Virus record (IMG/VR): IMGVR_UViG_3300027278_000018
Span: 1-51,034 of that record
Reading direction: 5' to 3' (one strand)
DNA length: 51,034 nt
Source of the DNA: a virus
Taxonomy: Duplodnaviria; Caudoviricetes
Notes under the pieces: model-generated
Database searches by the model: none
Told to the model about the DNA's origin: nothing
What the model saw: the letters and a program-made list of their open reading frames with translations, nothing else
Shown: positions 1 through 9,233 of the stretch, piece by piece
Layout: each line of letters starts with the position of its first letter
Numbering within the stretch: the first letter of the stretch is position 1
Position numbers and translations under genes: made by a program

Positions 1-14
1 TAATAATCCCTCAT

Positions 15-338
15 ATGAAAAAAAATGGTATTGGTGATATCATAGTAATTACATCTATCGCTGGCCTATACCCATATAAAGGAGGCGGGAACTATGTGGT
101 TGCAAAACGTGCTGAAGGAGCATTTGCAGAGACATTAAGAATGGAAGTATCGGGTCAAGGGATAAAGGTCACACAGATCATACCAGGAGCAATTGATACT
201 AAGCCAGAGTTTCCACAAGAAATAGCAACAAAGCCAGAAGATATAGGTGAAGCGGTAAGATGGATCATTTCATTGCCAAACCATGTCAATGTAGATCAGA
301 TGACAATAATGCATACAAAAAGTGAAAGATATCAATAG
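15..338 (+). CDS. Short-chain dehydrogenase/reductase, C-terminal part (probably truncated by the window edge)
   Basis: ITSIAG...YVVAK (YxxxK) and IIPGAIDT motifs; the N-terminal Rossmann motif is missing. Confidence 0.8.
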   Translation: MKKNGIGDIIVITSIAGLYPYKGGGNYVVAKRAEGAFAETLRMEVSGQGIKVTQIIPGAIDTKPEFPQEIATKPEDIGEAVRWIISLPNHVNVDQMTIMHTKSERYQ

Positions 339-346
339 GGGGAATA

Positions 347-757
347 ATGTACGAATATTATGTTAAAAAGGTAGAAAATGTAGTTGATGGTGACACTATA
401 GACGTACTAATTGATTTAGGATTTGATATCCTTTTTGCATCACGTGTCAGACTTGCTGGAATTGATACGCCAGAATCAAGAACAAAAGACCTAAAAGAAA
501 AAGCCCTAGGATTAGAAGCAAAAGATTACTTAAAGAAAAATATTAAAGATGCAAAGTCTGTAATTATTAAAACAGAAAAGATGGACTCTTCAGAAAAATA
601 TGGAAGAATACTTGGCTGGGTTTATGTGGATGGAAGCACAATTTCACTAAATGAAATGATGATAAATGACGGGTATGCATGGGGCTACCTAGGAGAAACA
701 AAAGTTAAAGATTTTAATGCACTAGCAAAAGCTAGAGAAAAAGCGGGTAAAAAATGA
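347..757 (+). CDS. Thermonuclease (SNase-like) family protein
   Basis: VVDGDTI, RVRLAGIDTPE and KYGRILG motifs. Confidence 0.9.
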   Translation: MYEYYVKKVENVVDGDTIDVLIDLGFDILFASRVRLAGIDTPESRTKDLKEKALGLEAKDYLKKNIKDAKSVIIKTEKMDSSEKYGRILGWVYVDGSTISLNEMMINDGYAWGYLGETKVKDFNALAKAREKAGKK

Positions 758-1563
758 TAAACCATGAAGAATTACATGATGGAGTTTACTATTATAAGAA
801 TGTCATTAAAGACCCTTATGCTTTAGTAGCAGCTATTGAGGACACAGAAAATGTAGATTCAATTAAAGATATTATAGATAACTGGATTGATTGGGGTGTC
901 GAAGCAGACAGAGGTACAGTTTATTGGTATGGAAGAAAAAAGCGAGTGCTTTTAAATAGCCTTGAGGACATAGATAAAAAAGACTTGTCCCCAGAAGATC
1001 TTGCCAGATGCAAGTATATATTTGATACAGTATTTAATGGTTTCAATGAGGTTGCAAAAGACTACAAGGAAAAAAGAAATGTAGAAGATGAAATTGTAAT
1101 CCTTAGTCAAATGAACGTTCATAAATACAAAGAGAATACATGGATGGGTACACACCACGACGCACAAGAAGGCGACACCAGACTTAAGTACTCTATGATT
1201 CTTTATGTAAATGATGATTATGAGGGTGGAGAAATTTCTTTTTGTATTCGTGATGGAGTACTTAGTAATCCCGATAAAGAATTCCCAGAGAACACATGGA
1301 ATCATATGGTAAAAGAATTTGAAAAACCAAATGAATTTGCAGCCCAAGGCGCACTAGATGATCCCATTAATGATGGAAAAATAACTTTTTCTTTAAAGCC
1401 AGAGGCTGGAAGTATTCTTATATTTCCATCACAAGAGCCATATAGCCACACAGCTCATATTGTTAAAAGCGGTTGGAAATATTTAATTCCAGGATTTTGG
1501 ATTGATCCAAATGGAATGGACGCAGCAGCTGCGCTTGCTATTGCAAAGGGATATAAAAAATAA
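754..1563 (+). CDS. 2OG-Fe(II) oxygenase, prolyl-4-hydroxylase-like
   Basis: HHD, LYVNDDYEGGEI, distal H in YSHTAH. Confidence 0.9.
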   Translation: MINHEELHDGVYYYKNVIKDPYALVAAIEDTENVDSIKDIIDNWIDWGVEADRGTVYWYGRKKRVLLNSLEDIDKKDLSPEDLARCKYIFDTVFNGFNEVAKDYKEKRNVEDEIVILSQMNVHKYKENTWMGTHHDAQEGDTRLKYSMILYVNDDYEGGEISFCIRDGVLSNPDKEFPENTWNHMVKEFEKPNEFAAQGALDDPINDGKITFSLKPEAGSILIFPSQEPYSHTAHIVKSGWKYLIPGFWIDPNGMDAAAALAIAKGYKK

Positions 1564-1643
1564 CTTGCAACTCTAGTTATACAAATGCTATAATGGATTA
1601 GTATCTGCCAAATTCTGGCTGCTTATTTAATGGAAAGATTCTC

Positions 1644-2399
1644 ATGATTATACAAGTAATTGGTTTGCCAGGTTCTGGAAAAACTACATTTGCAAAAGAG
1701 CTAGCGGATAGAATAAACGCCGTTCATTTAAATGCAGACGCAGTCAGAGCAGAGCTAAATAAAGACCTAGGGTTTAGCCCAGAAGATAGGTTAGAGCAGG
1801 CTCGCAGAATGGGAGCGTTATCAAGGCTACTTTCTGATCAAGGTTACCATGTTGTTGTAGATTTTGTTAACCCAACAGCAGAGACAAGAGCATCTTTTGG
1901 AAACCCAGATAAAGTTGTTTGGATGAACAGAAAACCAGTCAGAGATTTTCCAGATACAACCGCAATGTGGGAGACACCAGCGAATCCAGATTTAATGTTT
2001 GATGACATGACAGAATATGATGTTGCAGCTAGGGTTGCATGTGTTGATTTTCAATTGCACGATTGGAGACAACCAACAACATTAATGCTTGGTCGCTACC
2101 AGCCATGGCATGAAGGGCATCATGCTTTATATGATGAGGCGGGTAACAGAACGGCCCAGGTAATGCTAGGTGTTAGAAATACGTATAAGACTAGCGAAAA
2201 AGATCCGCTTGATTTTAATCAGGTTAAAAAGTATATTGCTAATGATTCAGTAATGGACAAAGCAATGGTTATCAAGATGCCTAACATTACCAACATTGTA
2301 TATGGTCGTGATGTGGGATATAAGATTGAACAAGTAGATTTGGGGGCAGCGATTCATGCTATTTCAGCAACTGAAAAACGTAGGGAAATGGGTCTTTAA
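1644..2399 (+). CDS. cysC: Adenylyl-sulfate kinase-like domain fused to an HxGH nucleotidyltransferase domain
   Basis: GLPGSGKT P-loop, LNADAVR...DLGFSPEDR (CysC-like); C-terminal GRYQPWHEGH. Confidence 0.75.
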   Translation: MIIQVIGLPGSGKTTFAKELADRINAVHLNADAVRAELNKDLGFSPEDRLEQARRMGALSRLLSDQGYHVVVDFVNPTAETRASFGNPDKVVWMNRKPVRDFPDTTAMWETPANPDLMFDDMTEYDVAARVACVDFQLHDWRQPTTLMLGRYQPWHEGHHALYDEAGNRTAQVMLGVRNTYKTSEKDPLDFNQVKKYIANDSVMDKAMVIKMPNITNIVYGRDVGYKIEQVDLGAAIHAISATEKRREMGL

Positions 2400-2464
2400 A
2401 CAATTAGAAAATGCTGGAAAGGCAATGAACGAAGCAGAAGAAAGACTTTTTTCTGAGGATAAAG

Positions 2465-2668
2465 ATGAACGTAAGTAAACAAAGATCAGCATTAAAAGCA
2501 ATTACTTGGCGTGTCATAGGAACAGCAGACACGTTTATCATATCGTGGGCTATAACCAAAGAGCCAGTTACAGCAGGAGCAATTGCAAGCTTTGAGGTAT
2601 TTACAAAAACTATTCTTTATTATTTCCATGAGCGTGGGTGGAATAAAGTTAAATGGGGTAGAAAGTAA
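2465..2668 (+). CDS. DUF2061 small membrane protein
   Basis: RSALKAITWR...LYYFHERGW pattern. Confidence 0.85.
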   Translation: MNVSKQRSALKAITWRVIGTADTFIISWAITKEPVTAGAIASFEVFTKTILYYFHERGWNKVKWGRK

Positions 2669-2856
2669 TGCCAGTATACGAATATAAATGCTCATATGAT
2701 GATGCACATGCCACGATGTCAATCCATAGATCAATTAAAGATGACGACCCAGGATATACATGCGTAGAGTGTGAATCAGAAATGATTAGATTCTTTACAC
2801 CATTTGGCATACAATTCAAGGGCAATGGCTTTTACAAAACAGATAATCCTAAATAA
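2668..2856 (+). CDS. FmdB-family zinc ribbon protein
   Basis: MPVYEYKC...CVEC...FKGNGFYKTD. Confidence 0.85.
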   Translation: MPVYEYKCSYDDAHATMSIHRSIKDDDPGYTCVECESEMIRFFTPFGIQFKGNGFYKTDNPK

Positions 2857-2908
2857 CTAAAGTGGTATAATTAACTAAGCAGACATCTTGTTTGCATAGG
2901 AGCTATAC

Positions 2909-5047
2909 TTGAAAAGGGAAAAGTTATTTAGAATAACAGCGTCCATAATGCTTGCATTTGGATGGCTTTTTATGTCCCCCGCCTACAGCGATGACCCTTT
3001 AACAGTAGCCGCAAAAAAAATTGAAAATTTAAATTCGGCAGTAGATAAGCTAGATTATAAAGATGGTCTAATAAATTTAATTGACATAGCAGAAAACAAG
3101 TTTATGTATGCTAAAAATCTGCGAGATGTTAGAGATGCTGCTTACGAAGACTATGATGATGCAGTAGAGGCAGAAGAATTAGCCTTAGAAGAAGTAGAAA
3201 TTGCTCAGTCAAATGTAGATGGGCAAACAGTCACAGTAGCAACTGCACTAACTAACAAGAACAATGCCTATGATGCTCTTGGTGTAGCAAATATTAATTT
3301 ATCAACTGCTCAGCAAGCATTAAATAATGCTGGTGGTGCTGGTTTATCATACAATGTTTATAGTTTAATCAGGGTTGATGGCCTTGCAGCCACAGATCAA
3401 TTCTTATGTAGTGGAATACTAAATGGAAACTACATGACTCGTCCAGTTTGTGGTAATAGATATGAAAACTTTATAGTTAAATTTACTGGAAAAATAACAG
3501 TACCGTCATGGTTTACATCAACAAAATTTGCAGGATATACAGATGATGGATTTAGAATGTATATTGATGGAGAGTTGGTTATTAATAACTGGATAGAGCA
3601 AGGAACAACTTGGAGCCCATACTCTCCAATATATGATGTAACAATAGACAAGGTTTTTGATGTAGAAATATGGTGGTACAACGGTGGTGGCCCAGGATCC
3701 TATCACCTTGGATGGGCTATACCTGGAGGATGGACTGGAGCAGGTTGTGACTATGCTGGAAATCCAAGAGTATGGGGACAAAACTTTAGTTGTAATTTAA
3801 ACACATTTTCTTCTGGATCTGGGGCAACTCAAGAACAGACCAACGACTACAACAATGCACTCGCTGCAAAGAACGCAGCCCAAGATGTATACAATGATAA
3901 ACTAAATATTTATAACCAAGCAGTTGCAACATTAAATTCACTAAATCAAACATTAACTAATAAAGAATCTGAGTATGACAATGCTGTTAACGATACAGCA
4001 GATGCTTTGTCTGAAAAGAATAATTCTATATCTAATTTTAATAACGCAATCCTTGATGTTAATAGTGCCATTGATGACGCATGGCGTTACTATGATGAGC
4101 AATCACAAAGAGAAATTCAAAGAGCAATTGCTCAAGCAGCAGCCAATGCTGCAGCAAATCAACCTACACCAGAGCCAAAGCCAACTGTTGAACCAGAAAA
4201 GCCAAAGCCTTCCCCACCACCAACAGAAAAGCCTGAGCCAAAACCAAGTGGCAATACCTCTACAGAAGAACCAGGACCAAAGCCTACACAGCCAGGACCA
4301 AAGCCTACAGAGCCTGGACCTAAACCAGAACCAACAGACAAGCCAAAGCCAGAGCCTACTGATAAGCCAAAACCAGAAGAGCCTAAGCCTACACCTGCCC
4401 CAAACCCTGAACCAAAGCCAGAGCCTACTCCAGAGCCTCCTGTTGAGCCTTCTCCAGAGCCTAAACCACTTCCAAGACCAGACTTCAAGCCAGCAGAAGA
4501 TATTGATCCAGTAATTAAGGATGCAGAATTGGCAGCACTTATCCCACAAAAGGGTACAGGAAATTCAGAAGATCTTTCTGGAGTTATAGCAAACCTTACA
4601 AGCAAGGATAATAAATTAGTTAAGCTTTCTGTTGAGCAAACAGCAGCAGTTAGCCAAACACTTAAGTCTTTAACACAAGAGGCAAAGGCTGAAGTTGCAG
4701 CAGACCTTGGTATTGCACCAGCAGAAGTTGCAAAGGTTGCAGAATCAATGAAATCTAACCCTGCAGTAGCAGCAGCATTTGTTGAGTTTGCAGAAAGAGC
4801 AGGGGATGCAGGAGATACCCCAATGCCATTTACATTAGCAGATGCAACAACAGAAGTACAAACAGAAGCATTTTTAGCAGACCCACTTGGAGCAGTGTTT
4901 GAAGTGGACCCAGTAGAACTACTATCTAATTTTTCTGAGTTAGGTATGGATATGACAGATGATCAGAGAGAAAAAGCGCAGGAAGTAATTGTCCCAGTGG
5001 TCATTGCATCACAAATTGCAGGGGCAATGATAAGGAGGAACAAATGA
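2909..5047 (+). CDS. Secreted or membrane-anchored protein with coiled coils, PA14-like domain and Pro/Glu/Lys-rich linker
   Basis: Signal peptide; FTGKITVP...TDDGFRMYIDG...WYNGGG (PA14); PEPKP repeats; hydrophobic C-terminus. Confidence 0.7.
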   Translation: MKREKLFRITASIMLAFGWLFMSPAYSDDPLTVAAKKIENLNSAVDKLDYKDGLINLIDIAENKFMYAKNLRDVRDAAYEDYDDAVEAEELALEEVEIAQSNVDGQTVTVATALTNKNNAYDALGVANINLSTAQQALNNAGGAGLSYNVYSLIRVDGLAATDQFLCSGILNGNYMTRPVCGNRYENFIVKFTGKITVPSWFTSTKFAGYTDDGFRMYIDGELVINNWIEQGTTWSPYSPIYDVTIDKVFDVEIWWYNGGGPGSYHLGWAIPGGWTGAGCDYAGNPRVWGQNFSCNLNTFSSGSGATQEQTNDYNNALAAKNAAQDVYNDKLNIYNQAVATLNSLNQTLTNKESEYDNAVNDTADALSEKNNSISNFNNAILDVNSAIDDAWRYYDEQSQREIQRAIAQAAANAAANQPTPEPKPTVEPEKPKPSPPPTEKPEPKPSGNTSTEEPGPKPTQPGPKPTEPGPKPEPTDKPKPEPTDKPKPEEPKPTPAPNPEPKPEPTPEPPVEPSPEPKPLPRPDFKPAEDIDPVIKDAELAALIPQKGTGNSEDLSGVIANLTSKDNKLVKLSVEQTAAVSQTLKSLTQEAKAEVAADLGIAPAEVAKVAESMKSNPAVAAAFVEFAERAGDAGDTPMPFTLADATTEVQTEAFLADPLGAVFEVDPVELLSNFSELGMDMTDDQREKAQEVIVPVVIASQIAGAMIRRNK
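4160..4490 (+). repeat. Coding low-complexity PEPKP/PTEPG repeats
   Basis: Imperfect ccagagccaaag/cctacagag repeats. Confidence 0.85.
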
Positions 5048-5274
5048 AAATAATCAATAAAGCCATCAATCTTGTAGGCAAAATGCTTAAAGGATTAATC
5101 AAATGGTTTAAAGATGCAGGAATGGAATTAATTGCACAGGCATTCACCCTCCTTGGCTTCTTTATTGCATGGCTAACTTTGACGGGATCAGCAAGAGACA
5201 TAGTTGGAATTGCAGTATTAGCAGTAACAGTAGTCTGGCTAATTACAATCCCGCTAAGAAAAGAGGATAAATAA
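5044..5274 (+). CDS. Small two-TM membrane protein
   Basis: Two hydrophobic segments; overlaps upstream stop. Confidence 0.7.
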   Translation: MKIINKAINLVGKMLKGLIKWFKDAGMELIAQAFTLLGFFIAWLTLTGSARDIVGIAVLAVTVVWLITIPLRKEDK

Positions 5275-5486
5275 TGAAAGATAAATTAATGTGGGTAATT
5301 ACACTTGGTATATTAGGCTTCATTGGTCTTGTAGTAATTGGAGAATATGCTTCAATGCTTCTCCAACAATCAACATCAGGTGAAAAATATGGAACAAACG
5401 AAGATGCAATCGCATTAGTGCAAAATGCATTAGTAGGACTAATAGGAATTATTGGTGGATATTTTGCAGGAAAAGGAGATAAATAA
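5274..5486 (+). CDS. Small two-TM membrane protein
   Basis: Two hydrophobic segments; TAATG coupling. Confidence 0.7.
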   Translation: MKDKLMWVITLGILGFIGLVVIGEYASMLLQQSTSGEKYGTNEDAIALVQNALVGLIGIIGGYFAGKGDK

Positions 5487-5776
5487 TGGCAAAAGCATAT
5501 ATAGAAAAACCAACCCATGTTGGAGGAGGAGCTATTGCAAGTATTAATAATATTGTTATGCGTATAATTGCAGTATTTGCTGCTTCAGGACTATCAGTAA
5601 TTGGAGCGGGAGCAGTAGTAGGAATCAGCACAGCTAAAGCAGTTATATTGGCTGGGACTCTTGGCGTTGCCACTGTAGTTGAAAGGCTTGCACGAGGATT
5701 CTTGGATGACGGAAAACTCACGGTAGCAGAAATTAATGCAGCATTCTTAGCCGTAGATAAAAAAGCTGCAAAATAA
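5486..5776 (+). CDS. Membrane protein, holin-like
   Basis: Two TM segments then DDGKLTVAEIN; GGAG RBS. Confidence 0.55.
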   Translation: MAKAYIEKPTHVGGGAIASINNIVMRIIAVFAASGLSVIGAGAVVGISTAKAVILAGTLGVATVVERLARGFLDDGKLTVAEINAAFLAVDKKAAK

Positions 5777-5791
5777 TGATATAATTGTACT

Positions 5792-5935
5792 ATGAATAAA
5801 TATCGCATTAAATTAGACGTAGAGGTTGAGGTAGAAGCCTTCAATGCAGAAGATGCAAGTGAATATATTCATGACATTTTTAATATAGACGATGAAATAA
5901 AAAAAGTTAATATAATTAAAATAACAAACAAATAG
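5792..5935 (+). CDS. 47-aa hypothetical protein (MNKYRIKLDVEVEVEA...), not in ORF track
   Basis: Open frame; TATAAT 6 nt before ATG (leaderless). Confidence 0.65.
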   Translation: MNKYRIKLDVEVEVEAFNAEDASEYIHDIFNIDDEIKKVNIIKITNK

Positions 5936-5938
5936 TCG

Positions 5939-5990
5939 TTGACAAAACCGCAGTTCACCCTGTATAATAATATATAGGAAACTGCGGTTT
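5939..5990 (+). promoter_or_regulatory. SigA-type promoter for tRNA-Asn, flanked by an 11-bp inverted repeat
   Basis: TTGACA(5939)-18-TATAAT(5963); aaaccgcagtt (5945-5955) / aactgcggttt (5980-5990). Confidence 0.7.
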
Positions 5991-5996
5991 CTGCTT

Positions 5997-6069
5997 TGGC
6001 CCATAGCTCAGCAGGCAGAGCGGGAAGCTGTTAACTTCTAGGTCCTAGGTTCGAATCCTAGTGGGCCAG
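5997..6069 (+). tRNA. tRNA-Asn(GTT)
   Basis: Acceptor TGGCCCA/TGGGCCA, anticodon arm ggaag-ctGTTaa-cttct, T loop TTCGAAT. Confidence 0.95.
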
Positions 6070-6104
6070 CAATACTAGGCGGACTTACATGACACGGAGA
6101 AAAA

Positions 6105-6338
6105 GTGCTTAACCTTACACTTGATGGTGTAGAACTGTTCATAAAAAGATCCCAAACTAAAAATCAAGAATCATTTTGGAAAAATTATGATTTGATTATA
6201 TGGAAAAAAGATAGCGGCGGCTATACTGACATAACTGGCATGTATAGGAAAGATACTTGGGGTAAGACAGAAAAAATTTCTGTCAACCATGAAGGAGTCT
6301 GGAAGTTGCCAAAAAAATATGTCAAATATTTTAAATGA
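6105..6338 (+). CDS. Hypothetical protein
   Basis: ORF with GGAG RBS and GTG start. Confidence 0.65.
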   Translation: MLNLTLDGVELFIKRSQTKNQESFWKNYDLIIWKKDSGGYTDITGMYRKDTWGKTEKISVNHEGVWKLPKKYVKYFK

Positions 6339-6615
6339 TCTAGGTATAGATGAATCAAATGTAAATTGGTTTGATCTAGCTCTGTGCCTTGGAATGGATA
6401 CAAATCTATTCTTTGACAAATATGAATCAGATATCTCTATTGCAAAAAATATAGATGAGGCATGCCTTAGCTGTCCAGTTAGAAAAATATGTTATGATAT
6501 CGGTGTTGAAAATAAAGATTATGGTGTATGGGGCGGAGTTTATTTAAGCTCTGGAGAAATAGATAAAGTAAGAAATGCTCACAAAACAAAAGAAATTTGG
6601 AAAAAGTTTAAATGA
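6319..6615 (+). CDS. whiB: WhiB-family (Wbl) Fe-S transcription regulator
   Basis: W...ALC...LFF...CLSCPVRKIC...YGVWGG; probable start at 6319. Confidence 0.92.
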   Translation: MSNILNDLGIDESNVNWFDLALCLGMDTNLFFDKYESDISIAKNIDEACLSCPVRKICYDIGVENKDYGVWGGVYLSSGEIDKVRNAHKTKEIWKKFK

Positions 6616-6929
6616 CTTTTATAGATAAAGATAAGGACCATTTTAAATATGGAATAAATCAATGGACGGGCGAACCAAACAAGCCAACATTTTACAATAA
6701 AGAAATGGCTTTAAAGATTAGAGAACTTAAGAAGCCCACCCCAGATTTAAAGATGGACATAGTCAAGTACCCAGACTTCCTAGCAATTAGACTTTATGAA
6801 GATAATTTTGGAAGATATGATGGATCATTAAAAATGAGAGTGATTGATTATGTAGAGATGGTAAAAAAAATATTAGAATCTTACGGAGTAAGAGTAGAGT
6901 TAGAAGGGAAACCTGGAAATGGAAAATAG
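6612..6929 (+). CDS. Hypothetical protein
   Basis: Coupled ORF. Confidence 0.65.
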   Translation: MTFIDKDKDHFKYGINQWTGEPNKPTFYNKEMALKIRELKKPTPDLKMDIVKYPDFLAIRLYEDNFGRYDGSLKMRVIDYVEMVKKILESYGVRVELEGKPGNGK

Positions 6930-7464
6930 TATGGATCAAATAATTCCTGCAAAAAAAGAAGGTGAAAGAACCCAAGATGAATATTTAGCTGAGCAAAAAG
7001 AACTTGCCCTAAAACAGCTAAAGCCAGAACACCAATTGATACTAGATCGCTTTATTAAAGAAAATGGAAGTATTAATGCAAACTGGATGCTAACTACCCA
7101 GCGTGACGGAGAGCCTATTCCAAGATCAATTTATAATTACAGAACGGTTTTTGATGCCATAGCAGGCTATGATCAGTATCAAGATTGGGGTTTTGCAAAA
7201 GACCACCTCACAATAAAATTGTGGGGGCCAGGAGGCTTGATTGCAGAAAAGACTCTAAAGAGACCACAAGGTGGTGACTGCACATTTGTTAGATCTGACT
7301 ACATAGAGGCAGAAAACATAATACTAAAAATAAAACAACATCTAGACGAAGAAACATACAAGTCCTTGGTAAAGGATTTTGCAGGACTATTTTCAAGAGA
7401 CAGCATCAGGTTTGATGTTAGTCGTTTTTTTAAACAAACTGAATGTGAAGAGGTTTTTGAATGA
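6919..7464 (+). CDS. Hypothetical protein
   Basis: Coupled ORF. Confidence 0.65.
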   Translation: MENSMDQIIPAKKEGERTQDEYLAEQKELALKQLKPEHQLILDRFIKENGSINANWMLTTQRDGEPIPRSIYNYRTVFDAIAGYDQYQDWGFAKDHLTIKLWGPGGLIAEKTLKRPQGGDCTFVRSDYIEAENIILKIKQHLDEETYKSLVKDFAGLFSRDSIRFDVSRFFKQTECEEVFE

Positions 7465-7700
7465 GTGAAAAGATATTGTGCTATTGCTGTAATAAAACAA
7501 AAAATAGCTTATCTGCTAAAAAATCTACACTATTGAATATAAACCTTTTATTGTGTGAGACATGCATTGATAGTAAATTAGAGCCAAGATGGGTAGTAAT
7601 TTTAGCTGGAAGACAGATTGGACATGAATTTGTTAAAGAGCATGTATCTAAAAAAAGATACCCTGGAGATGAAATTCTTGCATCTGAATTATTAATTTAA
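7461..7700 (+). CDS. Hypothetical Cys-motif protein
   Basis: CYCC...CETC. Confidence 0.65.
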   Translation: MSEKILCYCCNKTKNSLSAKKSTLLNINLLLCETCIDSKLEPRWVVILAGRQIGHEFVKEHVSKKRYPGDEILASELLI

Positions 7701-7730
7701 GATTGATTTTGCTGTATAATATAAGATATA

Positions 7731-8051
7731 ATGAATATTTCCTATGCCCAAATAATAATTACATTAGTTGCCTCACTTGTGAGTGGAATGGGCACTGGCT
7801 TAATTGCTGGCCGCAGGTCTAAAAAAGCTGAAAAAATAAGGGCGGAAGAAAAAGCAAAAGATGAGCTTAAGCTTGAATTAAAAGACCTTCAGATTAAATT
7901 ATATAAACTTGAGCGAGATCTAGATGAGTGGAAAGACAAATATTTTGAGGCATTACAAGAATTAATACAGGTAAAAGCCGAACTTGAGAATACACTAATG
8001 GCATTAAACCATATAGAAATACATAATTTAGAAAATAATGACGAGCACTAG
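7731..8051 (+). CDS. N-terminal TM plus coiled-coil protein
   Basis: Hydrophobic N-terminus then heptad pattern. Confidence 0.65.
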   Translation: MNISYAQIIITLVASLVSGMGTGLIAGRRSKKAEKIRAEEKAKDELKLELKDLQIKLYKLERDLDEWKDKYFEALQELIQVKAELENTLMALNHIEIHNLENNDEH

Positions 8052-8083
8052 CATTACAAATATATAAATAGTATACTGATAGT

Positions 8084-8641
8084 ATGACTTGTATTGTTGC
8101 TATAGCTCAAAATGGTGTTGTGTATATGGGATCTGACCATGCCGCCTCAGATGATAAAACGGGATGGATCCTGTCAAGAAAAGAACCTAAAGTTTTTAAA
8201 AATGGTCAATATGGAATTGCCTTTACAGATTCATTTCGCATGGGACAAATTTTGCAATACATGTGGACTCCTCCAAAATACACACCAACTAAAACTAACT
8301 CTGGGTTAGATAAATTTATGCGAACTAAATTTGTTGATTCTGTTAAGGCTGCATTTAAAGATCACGGTTACGGAAGTATTGGATCTTCATCAGAAGAAGA
8401 TACTGGTGGAATTTTTATAGTAGGAGTATGCGGTAGACTATTTACTATAGATGAAGACTTTCATGTTGGAGAAAATATAGTTAACTACATGGCAGAAGGA
8501 AGCGGCGGACAGATAGCTCTTGGAGCTCTCCACGCAACAAAAAAACAACAGAACCCTAAACTTAGATTAAAAGCAGCCTTAGAAGCAGCAACTGAGTTTA
8601 ACATGAGCGTGGCTGCCCCCTATACATATATCCAGGTTTAG
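8084..8641 (+). CDS. HslV/proteasome beta-like Ntn peptidase
   Basis: MTCIVAI N-terminal Thr, GSD, KVF, AEGSGGQIALGAL. Confidence 0.8.
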   Translation: MTCIVAIAQNGVVYMGSDHAASDDKTGWILSRKEPKVFKNGQYGIAFTDSFRMGQILQYMWTPPKYTPTKTNSGLDKFMRTKFVDSVKAAFKDHGYGSIGSSSEEDTGGIFIVGVCGRLFTIDEDFHVGENIVNYMAEGSGGQIALGALHATKKQQNPKLRLKAALEAATEFNMSVAAPYTYIQV

Positions 8642-8655
8642 TGTATAATTGATTT

Positions 8656-9036
8656 ATGTTGGTACTTGTTTTTATCCTGTCAATCGCCCTAACAGCGTTT
8701 TTGATTAAATACTCTAAATCAATGTTGAAAAAATATGATTTTGGATTTTACTACATAGATAAAGTACAAGAGCAGATTGAAGCTCAAAAAATGCAAGAGG
8801 CTATGGCACAAGATGGAGCCATAGATATCAACATGCTCAGACCAGAAGACTATAGTCACGCAATGGATTTAAGAGGTACACCAACTCATGTCTGTCCATG
8901 TGGATGCGATATATGGAATGTTAAAGTAATGTTTGAATCAAATGAAATCGCTACATATTTCTTAGATATGGAATGCGCTAATTGCGGAAGCGTTGCTACC
9001 GCTCCAACACCAGTAGATAAAGGGTTTATAAATTGA
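8656..9036 (+). CDS. Membrane-anchored Zn-finger hypothetical protein
   Basis: N-terminal TM; CPCGC...CANC. Confidence 0.6.
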   Translation: MLVLVFILSIALTAFLIKYSKSMLKKYDFGFYYIDKVQEQIEAQKMQEAMAQDGAIDINMLRPEDYSHAMDLRGTPTHVCPCGCDIWNVKVMFESNEIATYFLDMECANCGSVATAPTPVDKGFIN

Positions 9037-9233
9037 GAAAATCAGAAAGATTAAGAGAGCTTGAGTTCGCAGTAATTAGAATGGAAATGACTATTCAGTT
9101 GCTGGAAATGACATTAAATAATCTATTAGAGATGCAAGGAATGTCCAGTGCGCCTGAGTTAGACGGCGGAAAATGGTACAAAAACAAACCAGATAACTCT
9201 TGACATTCTGCTGTTATTTAGTAGAATATAGAT

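Noticed and set aside
3975-4605. Alternative-frame and antisense ORFs over the PEPKP region
   Set aside because: Shadows of a low-complexity coding repeat
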